Shown: positions 39,691 through 53,772 of the stretch, one piece after another
Numbering within the stretch: the stretch's first letter is position 1
How the letters are laid out: each line of letters begins with the position of its first letter
From: Haliotis rubra
Lineage: Eukaryota
Assembly (NCBI RefSeq): GCF_003918875.1
Contig: NW_025767301.1
Coordinates: 3,596,001 to 3,660,000, forward strand
Length of the DNA: 64,000 nt
Reading direction: 5' to 3'
The notes under the pieces: model-generated
Told to the model about the DNA's origin: nothing
Database searches by the model: none
The model's input: the letters and a program-made list of their open reading frames with translations, nothing else
Program-made: the position numbers and the translations under genes

Positions 39691-41134
39691 ATGCCTACAA
39701 AGACACACGTGTAGATCACAGCTTTGGGACAAATGCAACAAGGTATATCTCGAATTGAACATTTTCAACGCAGGACTTCAAAAATATTATTAGGGGAAAA
39801 GTCGGTAAAGTCTTTCATGGATCTTGATGGTTGTAAAACCCAACTACAAATGCATCCAGGAATATAATCAATGAATAATGATGTATTCGTTTGCCCACAA
39901 CAGAGCATAATCGCCATACACAGCTGTCAGATTAGCATCAAACGTGATATGAATCAATAGTACATGAGTACATCTCTTAAATATTGCTATAGGACAAGGA
40001 TTACACAGTATACTGCTTCCCACACGTAACGGGTCGAGAGTGAAAGAAAATGTTGCTACATTAGTCTCATTAATTATCGATTTACCTCACTGACTACAAG
40101 CTTTATTCTTACGTTGACAAAGACGGTGTCGTCAAGTCAATATTCCCAGTAGCCGTTTGAGACAGTGTTGTGCATAATGTTGTTTGAACGGGACGTGTCG
40201 TGATATATGTCATGTACACGGGTGAATAGTCTTGACGAGTGGTTTCTTCAAAAAGGTGGATTTACGGAGACTCGTTAGAGATCATATTCACTGAAGAGAC
40301 TAAAGATCTCTTTAGTGATATGTGTTGGTTCACTAAGGGTCTATACAAGCCTGAGGTTCTGTGTCAGGGGTAGGCCATGAGCCGGTTTCACATACAGATG
40401 TCCATTATGTTGGGTGGTATGTCGTACATCGGGTTAACATATATATGTGACTTTGTCAGAGGGAGGGTATGATAGTTCATTGACTCTGTTGACACAGTTG
40501 GGAACAACACATATATTACAAGTTTGTAACATGTTCTCACCACCATGTGGATCATTAAAATGCATAAAAACTACATGCATGATTTGACTCGTCGATAATT
40601 GATGCTTTTGCTGGTAAAATATTCAGATTTTGAACTAAGAGTTACCTTTCCGTGCCCAAACCTTGACTCTATGGCTGTTGAATGTTTCTACATTTAACTG
40701 AGGGATAAAGGTATACAGAAATGGAATGTTGATAATTCCGCACGTGCTGTTTTATAGTCGGAGAGCCTCTTTAAGATCAGTATTCGTGTGTGTTTAATGT
40801 TGCACACTGCTGTGTAGTGTACACGTTGGAATAGTCTCATTTCGGTTAAGTCAGGGCTGAAGGTAGTCTGTCATACAGACCCTGAAGTAAATATATCCAA
40901 GAAAGTTCTACTAGAATCAAGTCTAGATTATGTGGCAAGTCTACATTGCCACAGTTTCAGGTTTCTGAGAATGAACATAGACTCTGGGCTCCATTTTATT
41001 ATAGTTTATGAAAATAATTTAGGAACTTTTTTTTCGTAATGTGTTCATTTCCGAAACTAGATGTTAGTCTGAGCTGAAGGGCGAAGTCCGAATTGTCGAA
41101 GGTGGTAGCCATTGCGACCTTCACGTGTATACTG

Positions 41135-41412
41135 GGTGCGCTACGGGAGCAACCATTTCAGGACGGTCTCTAAACATTATCACTAACATTATACTGACAG
41201 AAAAATACATACATTAAGTTGGCATTGTTGGACAAACTAATATAGTTCGTTATATAGATATATTTGATTTGAATTGCAATTTAAACGTGAACATATTTAC
41301 AACTGATCGAACTCCTATTTGTGTTGGAAGAAATATACGAGATCAAAACTTTTCAAAATGCTCTCACAAACCAACATTTTCTGAAAATGAAATGGTTGCT
41401 GCCTAACGCACT
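41135..41412. mobile_element. MITE
   Basis: TIRs GGGAGCAACCATTTCA / TGAAATGGTTGCTGCC. Confidence 0.65.
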
Positions 41413-42269
41413 ATAAGTAATTTTCGGGGATAAATCCTGTATTCAAAGCCAAGAACAGCGAAATCAGACAGCTAGGTTGCACTTCTGAAGGTCACGTGTA
41501 TATATATGATCAGCTGCTTATATTGCTGTCCACTATGTGGGTCAGGTGACCTGATCAATCTTTCGAAACGACACAATGGGGTGATATTCCGAAACATTAT
41601 CAAATGGGAAACGATTTAATCTCACGCAACATTGTTTTCATTAACCGTGCTTGTCAATTAATTGCTTGATTGATTGCTTAATAAATGCCCCGCGGGTAAG
41701 GTTAGAGCAGCAGAAGCCACAGCTATGGCAATGAACGGGGTATTGACAAGAAATGAACACATAAACACAAGTGTTTGTTCTATAAGATATATTATACCCA
41801 TGCTAAATCAACCTGCGTGACAGTCAGTATTGAATTCTTAAGATTCTAGTATAAATATTGATTCCTATACAAGAACATTTAATTAAGTTGTGTAAATAAC
41901 TGCTAGAGATTTAATGGCAGATGAAAACAATTGCTAGGCGCTTTTATGAGGTTCAAAATATAGGCAGCTGCTTAGGAATGAACACTTACAAGCTCACATG
42001 TTATTGCAAAAATACAATATACAGTGTCAAGTATGTAGTGGTTATTTGGGAGATAGACCAAATAGACTTTCAAAAATGTATTATATTTTTAGAATAAGCA
42101 TTTTCAAACTTGTTAATTCACATTCTGCTTATCAATGTTTGTCTCACATCGAGAACATCGTTATATCTGACTATTTGTACACGTTACCAAGTATGTAAAG
42201 GAAATATAATCTGAAGGGTCATTTTCTTTATTACTCTAATACGCATAAATAACGACATGAAGCCGCCAT

Positions 42270-42380
42270 GGATCGACTTGCACAAAGCGATCTTAGCGCT
42301 TTACGATGATTGTTACTCCCTAACTCTAACACAGACGTAAGATAATCGTAGTGCAAAAATCGCTCGGTGCAAGCAGCCCC
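42270..42380. mobile_element. Short MITE family (related copies near 17678-17760 and 47331-47430)
   Basis: TTGCACAAAGCGATCTTAG...AATCGCTCGGTGCAA inverted ends; related sequences at three sites. Confidence 0.5.
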
Positions 42381-42519
42381 TGGCTTGTTGAGTCTTTAAT
42401 TATATAAATGACTAGTTTTGAAGCTACAAAGTCCATAAGATAAATTATTACATATTTATTGTCATGAATAAATTGATTTGACCACAGTAGCTGTGAGCTT
42501 TCCAGGTACGGATATATAT

Positions 42520-42690
42520 CCCGGCATCTTATCGCAAGAGGCACCTAAATCAGGTGTTCAGGCTCGGGCACTTGGTTCATTTCGATGCTCATGATGTCAA
42601 TCACCGGGATATCACATCCAGACTCGATTATTTACAGGACACCATCATATAGCTGGACTATTTCAGCGAGGTCTTAAAGAAACAGACAAT
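42520..42690 (+). mobile_element. Degenerate SINE family B
   Basis: CCAGACTCGATTATTTACAG..ATATAGCTGG. Confidence 0.6.
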
Positions 42691-43054
42691 GATGTGTGCA
42701 TTACGTTTGTGATGAGTATATATGATTACTCAGGTAAAATGCTCGAACACTGCAGTAAGTAACTAGGGCGTTACATGCAGTTACAATTATAAGGAGGACA
42801 TTTTAAGGCCGCTTCACAAACTAACATTAAAGCTGGTGCATGTCGTTTGTTATGTAGCCAGTCCATTGATCACAAATATGAGTGTACTGTGCTAAATCTT
42901 TGAAACCCACTGGTATTCGTGGTAGGCCAACACGCTGCCAGACAAGGCCACCCAAAACAGCCTGTCAGTTTTGGTCGGTGCAGAAAGAATGAATTCATCA
43001 ACACATTCTATATTTTCTGCCTTTTCATTGTGTGTTGTTTATTGTCACAATCAG

Positions 43055-43722
43055 AAATAACCGAGCTCAGTATGACAACCTGTAATTAACCGAGCTCTAC
43101 ATGACAACCTGTAAATAACCGAGCTCTACATGACAACCTGTAAATAACCGAGCTCTACATGACAACCTGTAAATAACCGAGCTCTATATGACAACCTGTA
43201 AATAACCGAGCTCTATATGACAACCTGTAAATAATGAGCTCTATATGAACCTGTAAATAACCGAGGCTCTACATGACAACCTGTAAATAACCGAGCTCTA
43301 CATGACAACCTGTAAATAACCGAGCTCTACGCTAACCTGTAAATAACCGAGCTCTATGACAACCTGTAAATAACCGAGCTCTACATGACAACCTGTAAAT
43401 AACCGAGCTCTATATGACAACCTGTAAATAACCGAGCTCTACATGACAACCTGTAAATAACCGAGCTCTACATGACAACCTGTAAATAACCGAGCTCTAC
43501 ATGACAACCTGTAAATAACCGAGCTCTACATGACAACCTGTAAATAACCGAGCTCTACATGACAACCTGTAAATAACCGGACGCGCAAACCTGTAAATAA
43601 CCGAGGCTCTACATGACAACCTGTAAATAACCGAGCTCTACATGACAACCTGTAAATAACCGAGCTCTACATGACAACCTGTAAATAACCGAGCTCAGTA
43701 TGACAACCTGTAAATAACCGAG
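43055..43722. repeat. 29-bp minisatellite
   Basis: AAATAACCGAGCTCTACATGACAACCTGT. Confidence 0.95.
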
Positions 43723-44004
43723 TATGGACAAGACATCCGGTGATCGATAGTAGGAACAATCATCCACGATATACAATTTGCCGCCGAATCTGATCACCCA
43801 ATCGTTTTGGGAGCTTTTCACAAGGCAAGCATCGGTTGCACCAGAGACCATATAATAGAATATGTGGTCTCTGGTTGCACACCACAAGATTTCCAGGAAC
43901 CTTGAGGATGTTATTTTAAATCCCAAATCGTCTACTAAACACCCCACTCCTCCCTTAAAATAACTCCAAACCAAAACATGAAACACTCCATATAAAGAAC
44001 AAAT

Positions 44005-45665
44005 ATGAGACACATAGTATTAATTCCTTTTCTCTCTTACCTAGAAACACCTATTCTTCCTCTATTTTCTCACCAAGAAATACATATTCTTCCATTTCTC
44101 TTGAGACAAATGTACTTACCTTTTCTCTCTCACCTAGAAACACAATATGTTCCTTTTCTTCTATCTCACCCAGAGACACATATTCTTCCTTTTTCTCTTT
44201 CATCTGGAGACACATTTCTCTCTCTCCTTCAGACGTATATTCGTCCTTTCTCTCTCTCTCACCTAGTAACACATTCTTCCTTTTTCTTTTTTTCCACTCT
44301 CACGTAGAGACACATATTTATCCTTTTCCTCTCACCTTGAGACACATATTCTTCCCTTTTCTCTCTCTCGCCTAGGGACACGTGTTCTTCTTTGTCCTCT
44401 CACCCTGAGACACATATTCTTCCCTTTTCTCTGTTACTTAGAAACACATTTCTTCCTTTTTCTCTCTTACCTAGAAACACATATTCTTCCTTTTTCTCCC
44501 TCACCTGAAGACATATTCTTCCCTTTTCTCTCTCTCACCTAGAAACACATTTCTTCCCTTCCTCTTTTTCATCTGAAGACACATTTTTTCCCTTTTCTCT
44601 CTCACCTAGACACACATATTCTTTTTTCTCTCTCACCTAGACACACATATTCTTTTTTCTCTCTCACCTAGAGACACATATTCTTCCCTTTTCTCTGGAG
44701 ACATATAATCTTCCTATATTTTCTCACCTAGAAACATATATACTTTTCTCTCTCACCTAGAAACACATTTTCTTATTTTCTTTTCTCATCCAGTACCACA
44801 TATTCTTCTCTTTTTTTCTCACGTAGAAACACATTTTCTCTCTCATCTGAAGACATATATTCTTCATTTTTCTATCCCACCTAGAAACACATATTCCTCC
44901 CTTTTCTCTATCTCACCTAGGGACACATATTCTTCTTTTTCCTCTCACCTTGAGACACATATTCTTCTCTTTTCTCAGTTACTTAGAAACACATTTCTTC
45001 CTTTTTCTCTCTTACCTAGAAACACATATTCCTCCTTTACTCGCACGTAGAGACACATATTCTTCTTTTTCTCTCTCACCTGGAGACATATCTACCATTT
45101 TTCTATATCACATAGAGACACATTTTTACCATTTTCTCTCTCTCACCTAGAAACACATATTCTTCCAGTTTCACTCTCACCTAGAAACACATATTCTTCC
45201 ATTTTCTCTATAACATAGAAACACACATTCTTCTTTTTTTCACCGAGAATGACACATTCTTCCATATTCTCTTTCATTTGGCGACACATATTCTGCTTTT
45301 CTCTATCTCAGCTTGAGACATGTATACTTCCTTTTTCCCTCACCAAGGAACACATATTCTTCATTTTTCTTACTTTTCTCTCTCTCTCTCGCGCGCGTAG
45401 AAACATGTTCTTCATTGCTCTATTTCACCTTGAGACATATATATATACTTTTTCTCTCATCTAGATACACATATTCTTCCTTTGTCTCTTTCACCGAGAA
45501 TAACACATTCTTCCATATTCTCTCTCATTTGGAGACATATTCTGATTTTCTCTATCTCAGCTTGAGACATGTATACTTCCTTTTTCTCTCACCAAGGAAC
45601 ACATATTCTTCCTTTTCTTACTTCTCTCTCTCACGTAGAGACACATGTTCTTCCTTTTTTCTTCT

Positions 45666-45743
<78 letters not shown>

Positions 45744-46500
45744 TTGCGTAGAAACATATTCTTCATTGCTCTATTTCACCTTGAGACATATATACTTACG
45801 TTTTCTCTCACCTAAAGACACATATTCTTCCTGTATCTCTCACACATAAAAACACATATACTTCCTTTTTCTCTCACCTGGAGACATATATTCTTCACTT
45901 TTTTCTCTCCCCTAGAAACACATATTCTTCCTTTTTCTTGCTCATCTGGAGACACATATTCTTCCTATATTTTCTTACCTGGAACATGTATTCTTTATTG
46001 TTTTTTTCTCTCTCACCTAGATACACATATTCTTCATTTTTCTCTCTCTCCCCTGGAAACAATTGTCTCCACGTATTCCTCCCTCACCCAGAAAGACGTA
46101 CATTGTCTCCTTTTTCTCTCTCTCACCTAGGACACATTGTCTTCCTTTTTTCTCTCTCTCATCTGGAGACACATTGTCTTCCTTTTTTCTCTCTCTCATC
46201 TGGAGACACATTGTCTTCCTTTTTTCTCTCTCTCATCTGGAGACACATTGTCTTCCTTTTTTCTCTCTCTCATCTGGAGACACATTGTCTTCCTTTTTTC
46301 TCTCTCTCATCTGGAGACACATTGTCTTCCTTTTTTCTCTCTCTCATCTGGAGACACATTGTCTTCCTTTTTTCTCTCTCTCATCTGGAGACACATTGTC
46401 TTCCTTTTTTCTCTCTCTCATCTGGAGACACATTGTCTTCCTTTTTCTATCCCACTTAGAGACACATATTCTTTTCTTTTTTTTATCTCACCTAGAAACA
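44005..46500. repeat. Degenerate CT-rich minisatellite of about 37 bp, with a homogeneous sub-array at 46130-46445
   Basis: TCTCTCTCACCTAGAAACACATATTCTTCCTTTT-like units. Confidence 0.9.
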
Positions 46501-46559
46501 CTTCCTGCAAACAAGGCGTCCTGTGAATGGCGTGAACCTAATACCTTAACATAAGCCGA

Positions 46560-46765
46560 ACAGGAATAGTCTTCTGTCGGTGGCGGTACAAGGCTCTGCT
46601 CATGGTGGGGAAGGATGGCAAAATTGTGAGCTCTGAGGGTGTGCATCAGTGTACCTCCTCCCTTGATCTCTTCCCCAGGTTACTGACAAACCGGACCTTC
46701 TGACTAGCATCTGGAGGATGGTTATGTTCTGTGAAATTCCTCAGAATGTTCCTGTAGTTATTCAT
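46560..46765 (-). mobile_element. MULE/FLYWCH-type transposase remnant
   Basis: EHNHPPD..V.NL.KR.REE..*..LPSF.TM.RALYR.R.K.IP pattern. Confidence 0.5.
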
Positions 46766-47569
46766 GTTGGGGAATTCCCAGGGTTTTCCCCGTAATGAGG
46801 AGCATTCCGTCTGTGTTTTAAGTCATTTCAAGAACACAGTCTCGTGTAAAACGTATGAACGCCAAAATGTGTCTGTTATACAATTATGAACGTAGATTCA
46901 CGGTCATTAACGGTCATAAACTTCACATTAAAAATTATAACATGTTAAACCGACAGCAACGTATCAACAAAGTATGATGTCAATTGTCAAACTACTTTTG
47001 GACCACAGTTAGGGTCAAAGTTAGTATTATATCAAGCCTGTGCAAATGTGTCAAATAAACAGGGCGTTTTAACAACGAGGTAAGAATTCGAATAATAAAA
47101 TTATTCAAGGCCCGCACAGGTACAACTGATAGCATGAACAACGATCCTCGACCAGTCACAGCCGTTATCAAAACGACTTCATAAACTTCACACACCTACC
47201 TTAATATCCAAACCTTGCACTTTGAAAATGACCATTCCCTTTTCACACGAATCAGTACAACGGCAACTGACTTCGTACAACATGTTAAAAGTATTGTTAC
47301 CATTCTGCTTTCACATACGTTAATAGGTTCGGGTCCCACTTGCATTACGAGATCTTAATCGTAATTCTCATAGATATATCCTTCAGAGGGCCGTAGACGC
47401 TGTATAAGATCGCTTCGTGCAAATGGACTCAGAACCTTGTTGCATCCCGCTGCTACCTACAGCCATTGTTATGACGTCATAGATAGCGTGACATCACAAT
47501 GATATTGTCGTGATGTCACCTCCGCTGCTTTCCGCCAGTGCGTGACGTCACCTCGTTTCACGAAGAAGG

Positions 47570-47723
47570 GTGAATGAGTATGGTTTCACGCCGCTTTTAG
47601 CAATATTCCAGCAATATCATCACGGTAAGAGACACCAGAAATGGGCGTCAGACATTGTATCCATGTGGGGAATCGAACCCGGGTCTTCGGCGTGACGAGC
47701 GAACGCTTTAACCACTAGGCCCC
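47570..47723 (-). mobile_element. SINE family A
   Basis: Matches the other copies; imperfect TSD GTT(T/A)CACGAAGA. Confidence 0.85.
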
Positions 47724-50399
47724 GTGTTACACGAAGAGACGGAACCTAGTTTAAGATGACACACAATGCAAACATAGAGCTGGCATCGTGCATAAATTCT
47801 ATTTTTAACCTTTAGAAATTAGAACAATACTGTTCTGTTATAATGAAATCTTCCATAGTCAAAATGGTGTTTTCTTATACCATGAGCAATGATGAATAAT
47901 GAATAATCAAAAACTTCTGGACACAAAACAGAAATTGAAGTGATGGCCTTGTAGCAGTTGTTTTAAACGGAACCATTTGAAATAATAACACCCTCTCCAA
48001 GGCTATCACTTGGCATATATAAATGAACCCATGGTATTTTTAGATATCACGTGTCTGATTCCACGACACCGGCATCACAATACCGCTATGCCTGTCTACC
48101 AGATTAAAGGTTACGATGTTTGACGACAATAATAAAGGCTCTGATCAAACGCATTTCAGCTTAATCAAACTTGGCGACAATAAATGTAACTAACATGATA
48201 CACTTATTGCCAGTTGATATCTAATTGACTTGATTCCTTCTGACTACAATGAAGGTTTGACTTCTAAAGTTAATTTGGTGTTGTGATATACAACACATGT
48301 TGCGAGAGGTGGATTTCGTTTCCAGTGAGTGATCAATTTCAGAACTTATATTCCGCTTTGATAAGGTAACAAATCGTGCCTGAGGGGGACTCCACTCAAT
48401 ATGAAAACTGCATGGAACCGGAGTTAATACAATTTATAGTATTTGATATATGGGTAAATAAATGACCTTGTGATCTAAGCCGCCGTGTTACAGCTTGAGC
48501 CCGAGGTCGTTTATAGAGCACTTCATTCACATTTGTTAAAGACACCTCGAACTCCTTTCCGGTTGTAATTGCTGATACAAACACGTACTATTTATCTGCT
48601 TTTCATGATAACCTGTTAATTCGTAATATACATGTATAAGATATTTTTTGGGTGCAAAATTGCGTCCCTTAGAAATGTCAGGATTCGCTAGTTAAAACAA
48701 AACATTAATGTGTGTACTCATATTACGCAAACTTCCATACACAATGTGTATGCTCGAAGCGCTAACATCATTAGGCACAGTGGTAAATGGTTCAGTGTGC
48801 ACTACAACCCAAGTTGCCTGGAACACTGGAAGGTAAACAGCAATCTCATTCTACCGGGTACCCATTCATTGCTGGATGCACAGAGGCAGGTGTGAACAAA
48901 GTTACTTTCCTGTTGTGGGAAGTCTCATAAAAATATCATCTAAGTGTTCGCTACCACAAATCATACCTATAATTATAGGTAGCTTGAACTAAAATTTGAT
49001 TTTAATGAGAATGGCTATAGGTTTGACTCTCCGTATTCGCTGGTTTAAACAAAACTGTAACCTATGGTCGCTGTGAATTTGTACCTGTAGGACTCGCTGA
49101 AATAGAGTGACATGGCCGAAATGCTGTTGAATATTTTTGTCTTAAGGTTATTGTTTTAATGGGATCAAGTAAGAAATATATACAATTACAAATATCAAAG
49201 TATAGCAACTTTTACTGATCGGAGTTGCGCCCCTTAGCTACCAGGATCCGATTGCAGGACTGCGACTCTCCACTGTTGTACGCTGGCGTACAACGTCAAT
49301 TCACGTCCTGGCATCGTGGCAACACGTGTTGTTACAGAAAAACAAATCAAAGCACGGTTACATTCACTGCATCACAGAATAATGATAAACTATTTATAAA
49401 CTGTGAGGGCAACACATGTTAATCATTGTTTCATTATGAACTGCCCTTGCTCTCATGTCACCAGTAATTCTCTATGTCGGCGTTCTAGTGTTCATTATAA
49501 AGAGGCATATAATAGCTTCAATACCTGCTATTTACGTCTGTGAATCGCTTTTCTGACGCAATACTTAACTAAATATAATGTTTATGGCGTTAAAAACAGC
49601 CCACACACCTTTCCTCAATCGCTGTATCAGACCTTCACTTACTGCTGCTGGTTTATATTAAGTCACAAGATATACGTTAATAGATCTCGTTGACTGTTTC
49701 AGACTGTTTTCTCAGCTCCTGGTGAATTACTGACGAGTCATCGCACAATAAGAATATCTTGTTTGCGTGAAAGTATCTCTGTACATGATCATCACTGACG
49801 TACGGGGATGTATGTCGCTCTAACGTGTTATATTCCAAGCAGCGACAAACCATCTGCTATCACTTTGAGTGGTAACTGTAGAAAACGTGATGTATTTAGC
49901 CATAGCCAGGCTCTGGTCACATTGCTACAGCCGAGCCTTAATAAGATGTTCAACCCGTGAATAAGAATAATAACAGTTTATTACTGTGTCATATGTTACA
50001 TGTAGTAATACGTTTTGGCACTTTACCTCATACAAACACCGAGCCAGTTCTGGCCTAAATGACACCAGATAAATACATATATTTTTCAGTAAAATTGAAT
50101 AAAAAGTATTATAAAAAATATTCATATATATATATACATCAATCACATCCATTCACACTTCATGATCTCTCACAACTGTTAAAAGGGAGCTATATTATTA
50201 ATATCAACTTTCTCATCTCTCGTACAGTATTTACCACCCGTTTAAGAGACAGTTGGTAATATACGACTAAACACAGAAGGAATAAAATACATTCAAATAT
50301 ACATAAAAGATCTAGAATCACTCATTCACAATACATTCATTCACATACAAGTTACATAGATTATATTGGTATATAGATCAAAGCTAGTCTTGCAATAAC

Positions 50400-50630
50400 T
50401 TCCTATAATACATGAATTGCAGAGATTTACAAAGTCATATTGGATATGGTCTGTTTCCATCAGCCAGCAGAATTTTTCTTGTAGTGGAAGATTAAGAAAA
50501 TTATCATAAATGTGCATGCACTTATAAAACAGTTTTTAACGGATATCTTCATAATGGGCACATAATATCACAAAATGTACCTCCTCTTCAACAGAATTTG
50601 TAGCACACATTGTGCATAATCTCTCATGGA
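50400..50630 (-). mobile_element. LINE 3' fragment (RTE-X-like)
   Basis: ERLCTMC..VEEEVHFVILCAHYEDIR zinc-knuckle motif. Confidence 0.6.
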
Positions 50631-50640
50631 TTGGGCTGAC

Positions 50641-50873
50641 AGGGTTAGAATTGATCTTCAGGAACCCATGCTTGTGGTAGGAGGCGACTAACGGGATCGG
50701 GTGGTCAGGCTCGCTGACTTGGTTGACACATGTCATCGGTTCCCAATTGCGTAAATCGATGTTCATGCTGTTGATCCCTGGATTGTCTGGTTCAGACTCG
50801 ATTATTTACAGACCGCCGCCATATAGCTGGAATATTGCCGAATGCGCCGTAAAACTAAACTCACTCACTCACT
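50641..50873 (+). mobile_element. SINE family B (GTCGTAAGAGGCGACTAA core, Meta-domain-like)
   Basis: Multi-copy in this window; shares the 3' end GCTGGAATATTGC..GTAAAAC..(ACTC)n with family A. Confidence 0.8.
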
Positions 50874-51414
50874 AATAAGATTTTCATAATACTTTAACTA
50901 TACTCTTTAGACCCCACAGAGCAGACAGGCCTCAGTTTGTTTTCTAGGGTTATCTAAGGTCGCCTAAGGTGAGAGCACATGTGTCACATGTACTTCGTTG
51001 TTAGGTCGGGGGGAAGACCTAAGAGCTCCCAGGAGTCAAGCTACCAAACACGGCCCCCTGTCCAATGACTCCGTGACCAACTAAACGTCAACCGATTTGT
51101 GGCATGGGTTCTGTGCACAAGAGCGTTAGTCGGTTATTTCGTCAAGAAGTATAGCGTAAGAGAAATGTGTGTGAGCCAGTGATAATTTAAAATTGGTTTA
51201 GAAGTCACTTAAGTAAAGCAAATCAGTAACAAACGACGTGATACATTTAGAAAATACATCCTTTGATTAATAATTGCCAGCAAAATGTAGACATAAAGTC
51301 ACTTCAACTACAAATTCCGTGGCGAAGATTTTAAACTCCCCAAAATATAGTTCCCCATCAGTTCACTGATCCCCTCGACTGATGTAGTCATTTGTCAGTA
51401 CAAGAGGAGTCTAC

Positions 51415-52030
51415 ATGGCAGCATTACTTGCACCTGTTCATTCTACAGGTGTCAACAAGGTAGCTTTACTTGCACCTGTTCATTCTACAGGTGTCAATAA
51501 GGTAGTTTTACTTGCACCTGTTCATTCTATAGGTGTCAACAAGGTAGTTTTACTTGCACCTGTTCATTCTATAGGTGTCAACAAGGTAGCTTTACTTGCA
51601 CCTGTTCATTCTATAGGTGTCAACAAGGTAGCTTTACTTGCACCTGTTCATTCTATAGGTGTCAACAAGGTAGCTTTACTTGCACCTGTTCATTCTATAG
51701 GTGTCAATAAGGTAGCTTTACTTGCACCTGTTCATTCTATAGGTGTCAGGTCGTTTTACTTGCACCTGTTCATTCTAAGGTGATAGCTTTACTTGCACCT
51801 GTTCATTTTATAGGTGTCAACAAGGAAGCTTAACTGGCACCTGTTCATTCTATAGGTGTCAACAAGGTAGTTTTACTTGCACCTGTTCATTCTATAGGTG
51901 TCAACAAGGTAGTTTTACTTGCTCCTGTTCATTCTATAGGTGTCAACAAGATAGCTTTACTTGCACCTGTTCATTTTATAGGTGTCAGCAAGGTAGTTTT
52001 ACTTGCACCTGTTTATCCTATAGGTGTCGA
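51415..52030. repeat. 42-bp minisatellite
   Basis: AAGGTAGCTTTACTTGCACCTGTTCATTCTATAGGTGTCAAC. Confidence 0.95.
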
Positions 52031-52713
52031 ATCCTAGTACGGGACTCGGAAATTTTACGGCTGCTACATTGGCGCCAAATGTCGGGCTGAAGATGTTTAA
52101 ATGAAATTTGAGAAAAAATAGGTCTAAGTACTTAACTCTACCTGCACCTGTTAGTCATGTAGATGTCGACCTGGCAGTACTAACTGTATCTATAACTTTC
52201 ACTTTTTGCTAAAACTGTGCTTAGCCACTTCTAAATCAAAATACCTACCCATATGATATTGTATTTAAACGACTGTATGTTCTCTATATCATTCTGTATG
52301 ATTTTCGAGAATAAACAATTCTTCTTCTTCTTCTTCTATAAATCTTGCCGGTATTGGTATCTGTAAATATTATTATTGTCGGCCCATTGTAAGGTGGAAC
52401 TCTCCACTAAAACCCAGACCCCTATCTTATATAGTTGTATCCAAACCACCAAACACAGTCTCGTATGCTGTACCGTTCGTTATACCAAGTCCACTGAAAT
52501 ACAAGCACTATTCTAATAACAGTATCAAAACTACTGAAAACTGATGTGATTGTTTTCTCAGAATGCAACTGAGCTGAGTTTGTTTGGTTTCAGGCCTGTG
52601 GCACAGTGGGCAGGGATACTGGCTGTAGTGACGTCAGATGTGTGACACCACACTTAGTTGAAGTCTGTCGCTTATTCTATGTTTAACTAATTAGCGACAG
52701 TCTTTAACCATGT

Positions 52714-52956
52714 ATGGTGCTCAAAAACTTCGATGACGACTTGGATACCCGTCAGCCTGAAAGACCGAGAAGATGGATTTTACGACGCTTCGATCAATAT
52801 TGCAGCGTCAAGGACAAGATGTTCAACAAGAAGTCAATATATATGGAGAGCAATCCCAAAACAACTGGAAGTGCACCCATTACCAACTTCTTTACCATCC
52901 ATGCAGCTAAGGTACGCGAGTGGGTAGACAGTGTGCGTTGTGATCTACATATTTGA
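52714..52956 (+). mobile_element. Possible Ty3/Gypsy gag remnant
   Basis: DDD..P..ILRRFDQYC..K..IY...G..ITNF.T resembles the Gypsy gag core; no LTR or pol seen. Confidence 0.35.
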
Positions 52957-53447
52957 AGGTACCAAATGGAATGTTTAAACCAAGGCGCGCCATGTCTACA
53001 GATCGTAGAGGTAGCTACATTGAGTAAAAGTGTGTATATATTCGACTTTAGAGTATTTTCATCAAACGTACAGTAGCAAGTTTTCACACATAGTAATAAT
53101 CATTTCCCCGCATTGTGTTCATCATGGAAATAAACCATTGTGAGATTACCCTAATGAGCCCCTCTAATATGTCTAAGTAGGGAGACTATAGGTTATCCCT
53201 GCGAGAAGTAATGAAACATGAGAGATCCACCACACCACGGAGTTGTTCGATTCATCGGTATGGCTAACAAGACATACATTGTTGTATAGTATTCCATATA
53301 TGTATAACAGTTCGTTAATGATAGCTTGTTTATAGCTTATATGCTTCAATAAAGTGTACAGAGCAACAGTTGTCATGTCTTTTGTTACAGCTGTTGAGTC
53401 CATATTTTACTGCCTCTTGTTTCAAGTAAGATAGCTTGTCCTTGTCG

Positions 53448-53772
53448 GTTTGTTTGTTGTATAACGCTGAGGCAGTATTCCAGCTATATGGCAGCAGTCT
53501 GTAAATAATCGAGTCTGGACCAGACAATCCAGTGATCAACATCATGAGCATCAATCTACGCAAGTGGAGTGAGTGAGTATGGTTTTACCCCACTTAGCAA
53601 TATTCCGGCAATATCATGGTGGGGGACACCAGAAATTGGCTTCACACATTGTACCCATGTCGGGGATCGAACCCGGGTCTTCTGTCAACCAAGTCAGTGA
53701 GCCTGATCACCCCTCGCCTCTTGCAACAAGCATGGGGTGTTGAAGACCAATTCTAAGGTGGATCTTCACAGG
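53448..53772 (-). mobile_element. SINE family B with a nested, truncated SINE A (53566-53682)
   Basis: B 3' half, then A body, then B 5' half, all collinear. Confidence 0.8.

Noticed and set aside
43055-43722. 29-bp repeats as a CRISPR array
   Set aside because: Head-to-tail repeats with no spacers, no cas genes, eukaryotic context
44950-46554. Phe/Leu/Ser-rich ORFs
   Set aside because: Translations of the CT-rich minisatellite
51415-51783. VALLAPVHSIGVNK repeat protein
   Set aside because: 42-bp minisatellite; the frame breaks mid-array and no gene structure is evident
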